A stretch of DNA of 64,000 bases from Mobula hypostoma (taxonomy: Eukaryota). The stretch's first letter is position 1, and every line of letters starts with the position of its first letter. The DNA lies in NCBI RefSeq assembly GCF_963921235.1, contig NC_086098.1:61070001-61134000 (forward strand), given 5' to 3'. The position numbers and the translations under genes were made by a program. The notes below the pieces were generated by a model that had not been told where the DNA came from, ran no database searches, and saw nothing but the letters and a program-made list of their open reading frames with translations. Positions 26,114 to 39,203 of the stretch are shown here, one piece after another.

Positions 26114-29100
26114 TGCTGGAGAGATAGTAATGGGGACTAGGACTTGCTGGATGAACTAAATGAGTATGTTGCATCACTCTTCACAGTGGAAGATACTAGC
26201 AGTATAGTGGAAGTTCCAGGTGTCAGGGGGCATGAAGTGTATGAAGTTACCATAACTAGAGAGAAAGTTCTTGGGAAACTGAAAGGTCTGAAGGTAGATA
26301 AGTCACCTGGACCAGACGGTGTATACTTAGGGTCTGAAAGAGGTGGCTGAAGAGATTGTGGAGGCATTTTTAATGATCTTCCAAGAATCATTAGATTTTG
26401 GAATGGTTCCAGAAGACTGGAAAATTGAAACTCAGATGATGTCTCAAGGTACTTGGGGGCAAACGATAAAATAGGCCATAGTCAGCATGGTTTCCTCAAG
26501 GAAAGTCTTGCCTGACAAATCTGTTGGAATTCTTTGAAGAAATAACAAGCAGGATAGACAAAGGATAACTGTGTACTTGGATTTTCAGAACCTTTGACAA
26601 GGTACCACACATGAGTCTGCTTAACAAGCTACAAGCCCATGGTATTACAGGAAAGATATGGGATTATCTTATGGATAGCAGTACCTTATGGATAAGAAAT
26701 GGATAAAGCAGTGGCTGTTTGGCAGGAGGCAAAGAGTGGGAATAAAGGTTGCATTTATTGGTTGGCTGCTGGCGACTAGTGGTGTTCCACAGGATTCTGT
26801 GTTGGGGCCCATTCTTTTTATGCTATACGTCAATGATTTGGATGATGGAATTGATGGCTTTCTTGCAAAGTTTTCAGGTGATACGAAGATAGGTGGAGGG
26901 GTAGGTTGTTTTGAGGAAATAGAGAAGATACAAATGACAGACAGATTAGGAGAAAGGACAAAGAAATGGCAAGATAGAATACAGTGTCAGGAAGTGTATG
27001 GTCATACACTTTGGTAGAAGAAATGAAAGAGTTGACTATTTTGTAAATGGAGAGAAAATACAAAAATCTTAAGTGCAAGGGGATTTGGGAGTCCTTGTAC
27101 ACTTGTACAGGATTCCCTAAAGATTAATTTGCAGGTTGAGTCTGTGGTGAGGAAGGCAAATGTGATGCTAGTGTTTATTTCAAGAGGACTAGAATATAAA
27201 AGCAAGGAAGTAATATTGAGACTTTATAAAGGACTGGTGAGGCATCACTTGGAATATTATGAATAGCTTTGGGCTCCTTATCTTAGAAAAGATGTGCTGA
27301 AACTGAAGAGAGTTCAAAGGAGGTTCACAAAAATTATTCCAGAATTAAATGGCTTGTCACATAAGGAGTGTTTGATGGCCCTAGGCCTGTATTCACTTGA
27401 ATTCAGAACAATGAGGGGGTGACCTAATTAAGACTTATCAAACGGTGAATGACTTTTGTAGAGTGGATATGGAGAGGATGTTTCCTCTATTGGAAGCCTA
27501 AATCAGAGGCCACAACCTCAGAATAGAGTGGTGTCCTTTTAGATCGAGTTGAGGAGAAATTTCTTTAGCCATAGAGTGGTGTGTCTGTGGAATTCTTTGC
27601 CGCAGGCAGGTGTGGAAACCAAGTCTGTATGTATATTTAAGGCAGATAGATTCTTGATTGGTCAGGGCCTGAAGGGATATGGGGTGAAGGTAGGTGATTG
27701 GGGCTGAGAGGAAAATTGGATCATCCATGAAGAAATGGCAGAGCAGACTCGATTGGCCAAATGGCCTCATTCTACTCCTATGTCTTACGGTCCACTCCCA
27801 CCAGTACAGATCCAACTCCAATTGCATTGATCTTACTGCGTACCAGTAGGGAACATCTCTGGAGTTTGCTTTGCCCTCACTTACCTCTTCATTGTTTATG
27901 GTGCTAGTTACCAAAACTTACTTTTTTAAAAAGTGTTATCATCAATGTTTTTAATCAAATTCCTTTGCTTTTGAACTACAAATAAGTTGTTGCACATGTA
28001 GGTTGCTCCATCTTAAATCAGAAGCTATTAAACATGATGCTATTGTTTTTGCCTGTTCACAGTATTAATGCGTTAGAGTATTCGTCTGGGAGAAAAGCAC
28101 AGAAGGTATTATCAGTGCTAGAAATAGATAAAGGTTAGTGGTGTTGTCTGAGCAACAGTAGAAATTATTACATGATGTTCATTGTGAAAGTTGAGTTGGA
28201 AAGGAAGAGTTCTGGGCAAAAACTAATTGTATATAGATGCAAATGTAGCACAATTTTTCAAACCCATTGTGCCTTCCCTTCTCTCTAATCATCTACAAAC
28301 TTCCAATGTCCTTGCTCTTCTTTGTATTGGCCAGTTGTTTTCAACAATCCACAGCAATGCTTTCAGTTCTCAAAGCCCTTAGCTCTGGAATTCTGTCCCT
28401 AAATCTTTTTTATCTCCCTACCTCCCTCATCTTTATGATGCTCTTTAAAACTTAGCTGTCAGGTCACCTGGCTGTGAAGCATCCTGAAGGTATGTTAAGA
28501 AGCCTACGATGCTTGCTGTTTATCACTGAAGTATGTGTTAAAATTAGTGACAATACAAGGAACTTTAAAGGATATAGTACCATGCATAGTTCAGTCATCT
28601 TTATGAAAGATTAATGGATCACTACTGAAGCAATTCTGAAGGTGACTAACCATCTTTCTTCTATTCATCCAAAAGAAAAATACCGCATTGCTGGAAATAC
28701 TGCAGCTGGTTGGCAAAGAGCCTATATTGTTTGATTCCACAACCAACCCCGCTACCAGCATCCTCCCAAACAATATTCAGACTAACAACTCCCTTACAAC
28801 TATAGTTTACTCATCAATCATTTTTCCCTGTTAGTGGAAATGCTCTTGAAGCTGCATATTCAGTCACTTAAGCTGCAACACAAAAGCTTTGGAGGGTCTC
28901 TCAAATCTGAAGTGTATAAGGCAATTTGGTATGTATGGGTTGCAGTATGCCCTGGCGTTCCAAGGGTATGTTTCTATCTCAGTCAATCTCTTATTCATTA
29001 CTCATAGCAAACTTCAAAAATTGACATTGGTAGGTTCTGTCATTTACAATGAGAAAAAAAACATACAACTTTATGCGAAGTATTGATTGATGATAAACTG

Positions 29101-29287
29101 AGAGCCAGTTGTCTTGGGCTGTAGACTATTAATCATGGTATGGTTTCAGCTTTAGTGCCAACATTTCCTGACTGAAAGGAGAAGTTTGATTTCACAAAGG
29201 GTTGTAAGCCTTTGGAATACTCTTTGCCCGATGACTGTAGATACTCAATTATAGAATTTCAGACATCAAGAGAATCAAGGAATATGG

Positions 29288-29442
29288 AGCATCACACATA
29301 AAATGCTGAATCCTGATGAAGGGTCTCAGCCCAAAACATCGACTGCTTATTCCCCTCCATAGATGTTGCCTGACTTGCTGATTTCCTCCATCATTTTGTG
29401 TGTGTTGACCAAGATTTCCAGCATCTGCAGTATCTCTTGTGC
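29288..29442 (+). mobile_element. Mini PLE-derived insertion: short inverted arm, hammerhead remnant and 3' tail
   Basis: cacacataaaatg is inverted relative to cattttgtgtgtg; 'tcCTGATGAagggtctcagcccAAAAcatcgactg' is a hammerhead with G12 mutated to A. Confidence 0.8.
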
Positions 29443-31401
29443 TACTGAATATAGGGAATAGTCAACAAATCTGGTAGAGCACTCATTCAAAGGGCAGCGT
29501 GGCCTACTCCTTTTATTTCTCAAATTCTTAAGTTATTTCTTTCAAGTTAATGATTGGATTGTCCCTTTAAACACTGGAGTTAAGTTATTTTCTTCAGGTT
29601 GTTATCACTGCCCAGGATACAAGATATGTGGATGTACTGTACCATTATCTGCCAAATATTCCTAACTTTACCACATCACAAAATTATATTTCTGGTCAGA
29701 TGCTAACTGCATTTCATTGGCTTTGCATCTGTAGTCGGCACAATTACAATAAAGTTGAATCTAATCTAATCTAATAATCCAGACCACTATTTTCTATTGA
29801 AATTTTCCAACACATCAAAGTAATGTTACAATTTTCTGATTAATTAAACACTTGTTTTTTGAAATATTTGCATTATGTGAAATGAATCCAGTTCACTTAG
29901 ATGAAATGTATCATATCCTCAGCAGAGCCCATTAAACTAATGAACTAACATACATGATAGCACTGCAATGAGCTGAGAATATTATATTATAACATTTTGT
30001 ACAACAGAATCTGAATAAACTTCAATATATTTGCAAGTAATATATTCTGTTCAAGATGAGCTGATGAATTATTTAAATCACAAATTGCAATTTTTCTTTG
30101 GCTTTTGTTTCTAATAGTTGATTAGTTAAGCTTAATGAGAAATACCTCCTTAATAGTGCATTTCAAATCAGTGCTCCTAACAGCTTCTTTATGAGTCACT
30201 GTAAGGAGCTGAGAATCCAATTTAAATGCAATTATTATTTCATTGTTATACCACTGCTTCATTTTATGATAAGAGATTTACTGGTACTATCTAGACAGAT
30301 AGGTGCCAATAAAAAAATAATTGATCTAAAATGTAGTGAAATTGTTCTTCATACACACAGCCATTGTTGTTTGCAAATAAACCAGATAAAGAATAAAAAC
30401 TGCATACAGTATAAACATTTAATCATTAATATATAGTTTCTTTGTGTGGTGATATCATTTTCCCAGTATTGTTGTTATATTTTAATTATTATGGCAGAAA
30501 GAAAAAGATACAATGATCTTTTCAACCCAACTATTGTACTGCTACTTTTCTTTCAATTCGTAGGCATGTTCATGACAGACTTAACACAATTTCAACATTA
30601 AATTAATGGATTACTGTACCCCAGGTTGAAGGAAAGAGCTGGATTACATGGCATCTTTAATGACAACTGGGTGTCACAAATGGAGTACTGTCACATTCAA
30701 AAAATGAAATTTTGGTGTTTTCCTTTTACTTTTCCTAAATTTGAAGACATGTTTTAAGTGTTAAGTATGCATTGTGGAGTGCGTACTTTTTGCATTATTC
30801 CAGTCAGTACTCTTTACTAGATTAAGACTATTAAAGCTTCTTCCTCTCTGCCTCTAATGACTAAAAAAAGTGCTGGGTTGGCAGGCTAGCAGACATTTTT
30901 TTGAATCAGATGCACAAGAATTAACAAGATTTCAACTCCGAAACTGAAATATTTTGAGATAATTACTCAAATGTTTCTGAGCCAGATTAGTATAGGAAAC
31001 CTTATTTGTTAAAAACCTATGTGTTAACTCATCTGCCACTTCCTGATTCTCAATGCATTATGGAATATGGAATTTTACTGCTACTTTTAGATGTTTACGA
31101 CAAAGCCGGCTCTTTGAAAAACAGATGTAATTTTCTCCATTCAAACCTTATAAATATTTGTCTATTTTACCTTATTTTATGGATTCATTTCTCACTGATT
31201 TTAATGCTCATCATTCCATGTTTTACCCATGCTCTATAAAGACATCTCTTTTGATCATCTATTTTTAAGCCCAAATGTTACCCTTCAAAGGAAATAGTAA
31301 TTCCCATTTTCCATCAAAAGCTGTTAATTTGGACCATCTGTGCATGGCAAGATGTAATATTAATTCTATTTCCCCACTAGAAAACAATGTTAGCTGAGTT
31401 A

Positions 31402-31865
31402 AACACAAGGGAGCCTGCAGATCCCAGAAATATGCAACATATACAAAATGCTGGAGGAACTCAGCAGATCAGGCAGCATCTATGAAGAGGAATAAAGAGG
31501 GGGGAACTGAGTAGGAAGGGGGAAGAATAAAAAGGTGGGAGGAGGTGAAGGAGTACAAGCTGAAAGGTGATAAATGAAGTCAGGTAAGGGGCAAAGTAGG
31601 TGGGTGGGGAAGGGGATGAAGTGAGAAGCTCGGAGGAGATAGGTGTTAAGGGAAAGGAAAAGGAATCTGATAGAAAAGAAGAATAGACCATGGGAAAAGG
31701 GAAGGGGGGCACCAGGAGGAGGTGATAGGCAGGTGAAAAGAAGAGTAGGGGTAAGAGGGAAGCCAGAATGGAGAATGGAAAAGGAAAGAATGGGAGGGGA
31801 AGAAATTACCATAAATTGGAGAAATCAGCGTTTGTGCCATCAGGTTAGATGCTACCCAAATGAAA
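31402..31865 (-). mobile_element. Old PLE 3' end (pseudo-LTR)
   Basis: 'caaaatgctggaggaactcagcag.tcaggcagcatctatg' and the purine-rich tract match the reverse complement of the PLE 3' UTRs; the hammerhead segment is deleted. Confidence 0.75.
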
Positions 31866-32087
31866 TATTTTGTGTGTATTAGTGGGGAAAACATTGCTCT
31901 GAGGATTTACTAGCCCTTTTACATTGGTTTTCTTCCAACAGCCACTCAACCATAGCTAAGGAATTTACTTAGGCTGTTGACACCCACTTCAGCAATAAAA
32001 TCTGAGGCCCTGTGAAGCAGGTGTGAACTCAAATCAGCTTTAGCTCTTCAGACTGAAGCCCTATATTTGGCTGTGTACATACATCTA

Positions 32088-32598
32088 CTGATGCTTCCGG
32101 ACACATCTTCAGTGATGTTCCTGGAATCATCGGGTGTTTCGGGTCTTTCAACATCATACAACCTCCTCCAGGTGACCCAGCCGGGGCTGATCAGACCCCA
32201 GCATGTGTCCAGATGGCTAGCTACTTATGACTCCATGGCTCCCCTCTTTTGAGCCACAGCCATCTTGAGGCCCTCTCTGCCGCATCGATGGTACTGCGGA
32301 TGGCTCCCCTCTTCCTCTCTCCTTCAATGCCCAAAATGATGAAGGCTCTAACTAAGGAACGGGCTACGAATCACCTACAACCAACCTCCACTGGGAGACA
32401 CCTCGCTCTCCATCCAGCCTGCTGACAGTTGCTGACCAGTCCTGCGTACTTGGAGAGCTTCCTTTCAAAGACCTCTTCCAAGCTATCTTCCCATGGGACT
32501 GTCAGCTCCAGCAGCACCACTTGCTTACTAGACTCAGACACTAGGACAATGTCTGGACGCAGGGTGGTGGCTGCAATATAGTTGGGGAACTTCCACTG
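32088..32598 (-). mobile_element. Hero-type (R2-group, RLE endonuclease) non-LTR retrotransposon, 3' end
   Basis: PD-(D/E)xK-type RLE 'TTLRPDIVLVSESSKQVVLLELTVPWEDSLEEVFERKLSKY...PVEVGCR', C-terminus AERASRWLWLKRGEPWSHK* (stop 32221-32223), then about 130 nt of 3' UTR. Confidence 0.85.
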
Positions 32599-35161
32599 AA
32601 TAAGATATACAGCAATTTCTTTCAAATAAACTACAAGAAGTGACTGTTGTCTGCAAAGCATTCTGATCTATGATACCTATTTTCAATAAGAACTGAGTTT
32701 GTTCTGTAGCTGTTACTTCATTGATTCTCTTTCCAAATGGGAAGTGAGCACAGAGTTAACAGTGGATGCCATATTTCTGGTCCTTCAGGTTTGTTGCACA
32801 AAGAAGTATAACATGGCCAGGGACAGCGTGAACCGATTAGTCAGCCTGCTATCTCCTAATCCACTTTACTATCGAAGTTGATTAATTGTGGCAACCTAAT
32901 GGAAGCTGCTTTTGATTTCATTATTCTTAACCTAATTTCCAGTTGGAAGGTTATCTCCAGGACAAAAGGTTGTGGACGCAGCTGTTGGTTGGCATGTGAA
33001 TACTATTGTGAGGTTGTATGAATGTCCTTCTGCTGAAGCAAGATGTTGGTTATGACAAGACTGTGTTCCAAGTATTTTGTAGGGAAACTCCATTGTAATT
33101 AGCCTTTCCAATGCCCTCCTTGTTAATTGTCCTCATCAGAGGATTCAGCCTCTTCCACCTTTGGCACTGAGTTGCCCAGTGAGATCATGTTCTTCCTCTG
33201 GGATGAGGGCCAGGGATTTTTTTTCAAGGTCATGGAACACTTACTTAGTCAAATCTATAGCTTTAAGGCTTCCCATTTTCTTGGAAGACTATTCACTGAA
33301 GTCAGATATTGCTGACATAATTTGCCATCATCTTTAGTGAACTAGTACAGCTTTCAGAGTCCATGAATATGAACTGGAAGGTCCAGACTCAGCCCAGCAC
33401 AGAGCACAAGGACACCTAGATCTCTCTGTACTTCACTCATCTACATTAAATAGAATTAATTTGTTTTTAGGTTCCTCTTACTAAAGTGCATCACCTCATA
33501 CTCTCCCATATTAAACCCCATTTACCACTCAACATACTTATATCCACTTGCAGTGCATATCCATAAGCTTACTGTCTTCTTTGCAGTATATCTATTCACT
33601 TAATTTCATGTCATCAGCAAACTTGATATTTTACACTGTTGTCTCTCCTTCAGTATATTAATATAAATCATAACTAAATGAAGACAACAAATTGATTTTT
33701 CAGTGCCCCACTAGTTACATACTTTTTACCTGAAATCTATTTACTCTGACTCTGTCTTCTATGCAATAATAAATCTTCAACAAAACAGAAAAGGCTATAG
33801 AAATGGAGGATACAGCCCTATTCATCATGGGTAAAATCTTTCCCACAGAAAACTGCCACAGAAAAGCAGTGTCCGCCTTCAAAGACTCTCACCATTTAGG
33901 TCATGCCCTCTTCTCGCTACTACCATCAGCAGGAGGTACAGAAGCCTCAAATCTCACATCACCAGGTCCAGGAACAGTTCTGAACTGGCATGGATAACTT
34001 CACTCACCTCAACTCTGAACTAATCCGATGACATAAAGACTCACTTTCACGGGCTCTTTACAACTCCTGTTCTCAGTATTATTTTTATTTGTCCAGTTTA
34101 TGTTCTTTTGCACATTGTTTGTTTCTCATTCTCCGCCTGTTTTGTATAGTTTTATGTAAAATTCTATCGTACTTCTTTTCTACTGTAAATGTCTGCAAGA
34201 AAATGATTCTTAAGGTAGTCATATGGTAACATATACAACTTTGATAATAAATTTGCTTAGAACTTCTGAACTATGAACAAATCTTCAGTTCATCCTAACA
34301 CACTTCTTAATACCTTGAGCTCTGATCTTGTTCACCAGGTATTTATGTAGCATTTATCAAATATCTTCTGACAATCCAATACACTTACAACTACACCCTT
34401 CTATTGATTCTACTTCATACATCCTCAAAGAGCCCTAGCAAAGTTGCCAAACATAATTTATCTTACATGAAACTATGTAGACTCGGCTCAATTATTTTAA
34501 GCTTGTCTAAATAACCAGCTATTTCTTCTTTGATTGTAAGGTCCATTGTATTGCCAGTAACAGATGTTAAGCTGAAATGTCTATAGTTACCCACTTTTTG
34601 TCGTCTTCTCTTCTTGAATAATGGAGTTGCTATTTTCCAGTCTGCTAATATTTTCTGAAATTCCATTAGTTCAGAAACTACAACCAATGACAATCTCTAT
34701 AGCCACTTTCTTTAAAATCCATGGGTGCTGATATAGTCATTTATCCCATGGAGGGAGTGACTGGGTGACCAGACTAGTTCATTTTTAATGGCAAAACTCG
34801 TTGCCCCTGGTTGGTCTTTCCAGAAAAAAATACACCACAGCTTTATTATTGAACTGTACATCTCCTGCCAATTATGTCTGTTTCAGGGTGGTGATGCTGT
34901 TGTCAAAGCTTTTGATTCCCTAGATATGACAGCAGATAATCCACATCTTTCTCTGTACATCTATTCATGAGGGTCCTAAGGTTCCAGATCCCAAACTTCA
35001 TGCAGAATTGTGGTAACTGTCTGCGCAAGATTTATTATGGACATCACCAACTACCATTACATGTGGCCATCAGTGGCCTTACAAAACCTCTGATTCATTG
35101 AATCGAGAGAAAATGAATTATTCCTCTGAAATGTGGCTGCCACCAAATTAGGAACCACCAA

Positions 35162-35327
35162 ACAACACACAAAATACTGGAGGAACTCAGCAGGCTAGGC
35201 AGCGTCTATGGCCTGAAACATCCACTATACGCTTTTCAATAGATGCTGCCTGGCCTGCTGAGTTCCTCCAGCATTTTGTGTGTGTTACTTGGAATTCCAA
35301 CATCTGTAGATTTTCTCTTGTTTCTGA
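35162..35327 (+). mobile_element. Mini PLE-derived hairpin insertion
   Basis: About 47-bp arms 'aacacacaaaatactggaggaactcagcaggctaggcagcgtctat' / 'atagatgctgcctggcctgctgagttcctccagcattttgtgtgtgtt', then a tail; TSD taggaaccaccaa (35149-35161) / taggatccaacaa (35328-35340). Confidence 0.85.
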
Positions 35328-35469
35328 TAGGATCCAACAAGATTAAGATGAAGTAACACCAAGTTCAGATAGCCATGCTTTATGATTATTCCTGCTTTGA
35401 GTTAATCTACATCTCTTAATTTCAAAGAGTATAAATTTTGTCATAAGCTGTTTCAATAAAACTCATCTC

Positions 35470-35885
35470 CATCTTACAATTGTTTCATAATGATATGCAC
35501 ATTGTCATCACAACAACTGCAGTCCCATTGTTAACTGTTGCTGAGCAACTTCCCTCAGTCCTTCCTTTTGCAATGGCAGAGCTGACCTCCCACATCAAAC
35601 CATCATCAACACCTTCACTACAATCTGAGCTTTACACTTGACATCCAGAATACAAAGACCATCTACTTGCATACCTCCAGTTAACAACACTGCCTCTGAC
35701 AATAACGATCCATATTGATAACCTAGAAAATGTAGACTGCCTCCCGTATCATGAATGTTATCTCCCAATGAAGGCATATTACATCATTGACAAAATTTCT
35801 CATTGCCCGCAATGCAACAGTGTCGTCTTTGTACACTGGGGAAAATGAGTGTTTGAAGATCTAGACTTCAAATCCAGGACAGAAG
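35470..35885 (+). mobile_element. Highly degenerate RTE-clade LINE remnant
   Basis: Translated pieces 'LDIQNTKT', 'IHIDNLENVDCLPY', 'VFEDLDFK' resemble the RTE RT C-terminal region. Confidence 0.5.
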
Positions 35886-36564
35886 AAGAGCATTTGTTGT
35901 TTGGATTGTAATAACTACAGTGAAAATAGTTTCCTTATGTAACTATCTGAAGTAATACCCCAGTGAAGAAGGAGTCACAATTGATAAGAATGAGGAGCCC
36001 ATGATACAAACATCTGAAAATAGACTTCAAACCCAACTTGACTATTTGAACCACCAAAATTAGGATGTAGTAACACAAAGTTCAGATAGGCATGCTTCGT
36101 GATTACTCCTGCTTTGAATTGATGTATGCAATTTAATATCAAAGAATATAAATTTTGTCATAAGCTGTTTCAATAGTGCCTAACAAAATAATTTTTCATA
36201 TGCATGAAACATGGTATTCAGTTGTATTAACACATTGTACTATGCCTCCGAAATATATTCCACTGATCAAATATGTTAAAGTTGTAGCATTTATTAATAG
36301 CAAAATTAGGAAACAAATCTGTAATAAAATCTCACCTGCAAGCACCACCTTGGTTAATGAATAATGCTAGTGCAACAAACATACCATTGTCACTATTTAT
36401 TAAATTTTACTTTTCTGGAATTAACTGGAAAGTGAAATTTAGCAGTGATACAATGGTGCAATGTTTCTTAAAGGTTAATTATCTTTTTTAGTACTGTCAC
36501 AATGAGTGTTTATTTTTTTCTTTTCTGATGTTTACCAGTTGATTTCTCACACAGAGAGATTAAG

Positions 36565-37395
36565 AATACCTTTATTTGTCACATGTACATTGAAACATCA
36601 AAACATTCAGTGAAATGTGTTGGTTGCATCAACAGCCAACACAATCCAAGGATGTATTGGGAACAGCCTGCATTTGTCACCATGCATCCAGCGCCAAGAT
36701 AGCATGCCTACAATTTAACATAGAACATAGAACATAGAACAGTACAGCACAGTACAGGCCCTTCGGCCCATAATGTTGTGCCGACCCTCAAACCCTGCCT
36801 CCCATATAAGCCCGAACCTTAAATTCCTCCATATACCTATCTAGTAGTCTCTTAAACTTCACTAGTGTATCTGCCTCCACCACTGACTCAGGTAGTGCAT
36901 TCCACGCACCAACCACTCTCTGAGTAAAAAACCATCCTCCAATATCCCCCTTGAACTTCCCACCCCTTACCTTAAAGCCATGTCCTCTTGTATTGAGCAG
37001 TGGTGCCCTGGGGAAGAGGCACTGGCTATCCACTCTATCTATTCCTCTTATTATCTTGTACACCTCTATCATGTCTCCTCTCATCCTCCTTCTCTCCAAA
37101 GAGTAAAGCCCCAGCTCCCTTAATCTCTGATCATAATGCATACTTTCTAAACCAGGCAGCATCCCGGTAAATCTCCTCTATACCCTTTCTAATGCTTCCA
37201 CATCCTTCCTATAGTGAGGTGATTTACTAACTCTAACCCATATATCTTTTCGAACGTGGGAGGAAACCAGAGCACCCAGAGAAAACCCATACAGTCATGG
37301 AGAGAATGTACAAATTCCTTGCGGAGGGCAGCGGGAATTGAACCCCGATCTGCAAATCGCTGGTAATGTAATGAATTACTCTGACCACTATGCCT
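36565..37395 (-). mobile_element. tRNA-derived SINE interrupted by a CR1 fragment
   Basis: B-box-like 'gggaattgaacccc' and V-SINE core 'gtgggaggaaaccagagcacccagagaaaaccca' at 37255-37345; tail half at 36565-36716. Confidence 0.7.
36717..37221 (-). mobile_element. Young CR1 3' fragment
   Basis: Open ORF 36788-37162 (LERRRMRGDMIEVYKI...FFTQRVVGAWNALP); (aacatag)x3 tail. Confidence 0.92.
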
Positions 37396-39203
37396 CCTTG
37401 AGTTGCAACAAATTATGGGTTAAAGGATAACTTTTAACTGGACTAGGACAGAGAAATGTAATTCAGTCTCCATGTAAAGTTCATTATTCTGTTCTTATTT
37501 ACATATTTTCATCATAAATTCTTATGCCTGTGACATTGTCTATGTACATTTACCATCTCAGTGATGGCAGTGCAATGTGGCAGATTACATAAGACATTTA
37601 TTTTATAAATCTGATATGCATAGTTTTAAGGTTTAATACATAGTATGCTAGATACATCTGTTATATTTGGACCATATTCCCATATTTCCAAATACATTAT
37701 AATTGTAAAGCATGATTTCAAGCAATGATGGTATTTTAAGAACTTTTGAATAATTGAATATACAAAAATTGTACAGTTAACAAAATCAAGCAGGAAATAT
37801 TAATACAGGTTTCTGTCAATAAGAACTGCACAATGACAAAAGTAGTTCACATAAAAAGAATATAACCACTGTACAACAGACCTAATGTACATTCGAAGGT
37901 ATATAACATGGGAAATATTTGTCAGAACATATTGATTGGGATTGGGACATTATTTCCAGTAGTGGATGATTAGTAATTGTTAAGTGGTTCTCAAAATTAA
38001 TGAAAATTGTAGAACTTTATTCTTATAAAACAATAATTATACCACTGAGATATGTGCACATATACTTTACTTTTCTGGTTAATAGAGTAATTCTGAAATT
38101 AGTGTTCTTGTTGGCAAAACATTGTAGTTTTGTGCTTCTTATCCCAGGTAAATTATATCATCCCAATAGTTATGGTCTTACTTTCTATAAATGTATTAAA
38201 ATCGACTCTAATAAAAGTAAATTATTTTGGTATTTGTCTCACAGTGAGTCCATTGCATGAAGTTTAAATAATTTGCTCTTGGTTTGGATTTTTAAATAAT
38301 ATTAAAAATTCAAAGGTTCAAAGGTCAATTTAATGTCAGAGAAATATATACAATATACATCCTGAAGTACTTTTTTTTCTAAACCAAGTTACATATGCTT
38401 GTGTTGCTCCTTTTTCCTGCAATATGGTACTCTTTATTCTGATCCAATGCCACAGATAAAGTTATCAGTAACTTTATCATTACAGGTCTCAGCTGACCTA
38501 CCAGGCAAACATATACCTGTATATAATATATTCTGGTTTGATTTTTAGTTCCATTATTTTTATTCTGTTCCCTTTCATGTAGCATGTTTGATACAGTATT
38601 AAAGATATTTATTTATGAATTTTCAAAATTATTTATAACATATGACAATGATCATGATCAACTATTACCAAAATTTTCTCATGTTGCCCCTGTGCCCGTG
38701 ATAGAGGTGATACTTATACTTTATCAAGAGGTCGTGATACAGTTTGCACATAATTTGTTTTGAAAACCTGTAAATGTAAGTCACAGTGTTAAACCACTTC
38801 CAATAGATTTGTTATCAAGTTTTTACTTGGGAATATTCTTTGTCCAGCATTATGTAACTATGCAAGGATCCAATACGCCATTTATTTAATTAAAATCAGA
38901 TGTTACTTTATAAATACCCCATAAATCATACCTATCTCTCTTTACTACTCAAACATTTCTAAAATGTCAAAAATATTAATATGATCATCGATGCCAAATA
39001 ATCACTATATGGGTGTAGCTTATTGTAACTCTAAATAACATTGACAGTATTGGATGTTCCTTTATATTTTTGTATCAAGCATGCATAGTCATAAATGTCT
39101 GCGGCATCAATGTTTGGCGACAGGTAAGACGACAGGAATGGCATTCCGATGCACCTAATAAAATTGCACATTTCCCAATCTGTTTTGATAGCAAACTATC
39201 AGT

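Larger units (their letters stand above)
15270..27790 (+). mobile_element. Near full-length CR1 host element in four pieces (about 15270-16832, 20120-20238, 23577-24212, 26129-27790)
   Basis: ORF1 zinc-finger and SGNH-esterase remnants (AVLIEDSLVRGT), APE endonuclease, RT and 3' tail are collinear once the insertions are removed; junctions read gaggtgac|aggatcggaagg, ctacaagttac|aatggaagatag, gctggagagatagt|aatgggg. Confidence 0.8.

Noticed and set aside
29700-31400. AT-rich, repeat-poor stretch (also 53200-54780) as possible exons or conserved enhancers
   Set aside because: No recognisable coding signature or convincing splice pairs; cannot be supported without conservation data.
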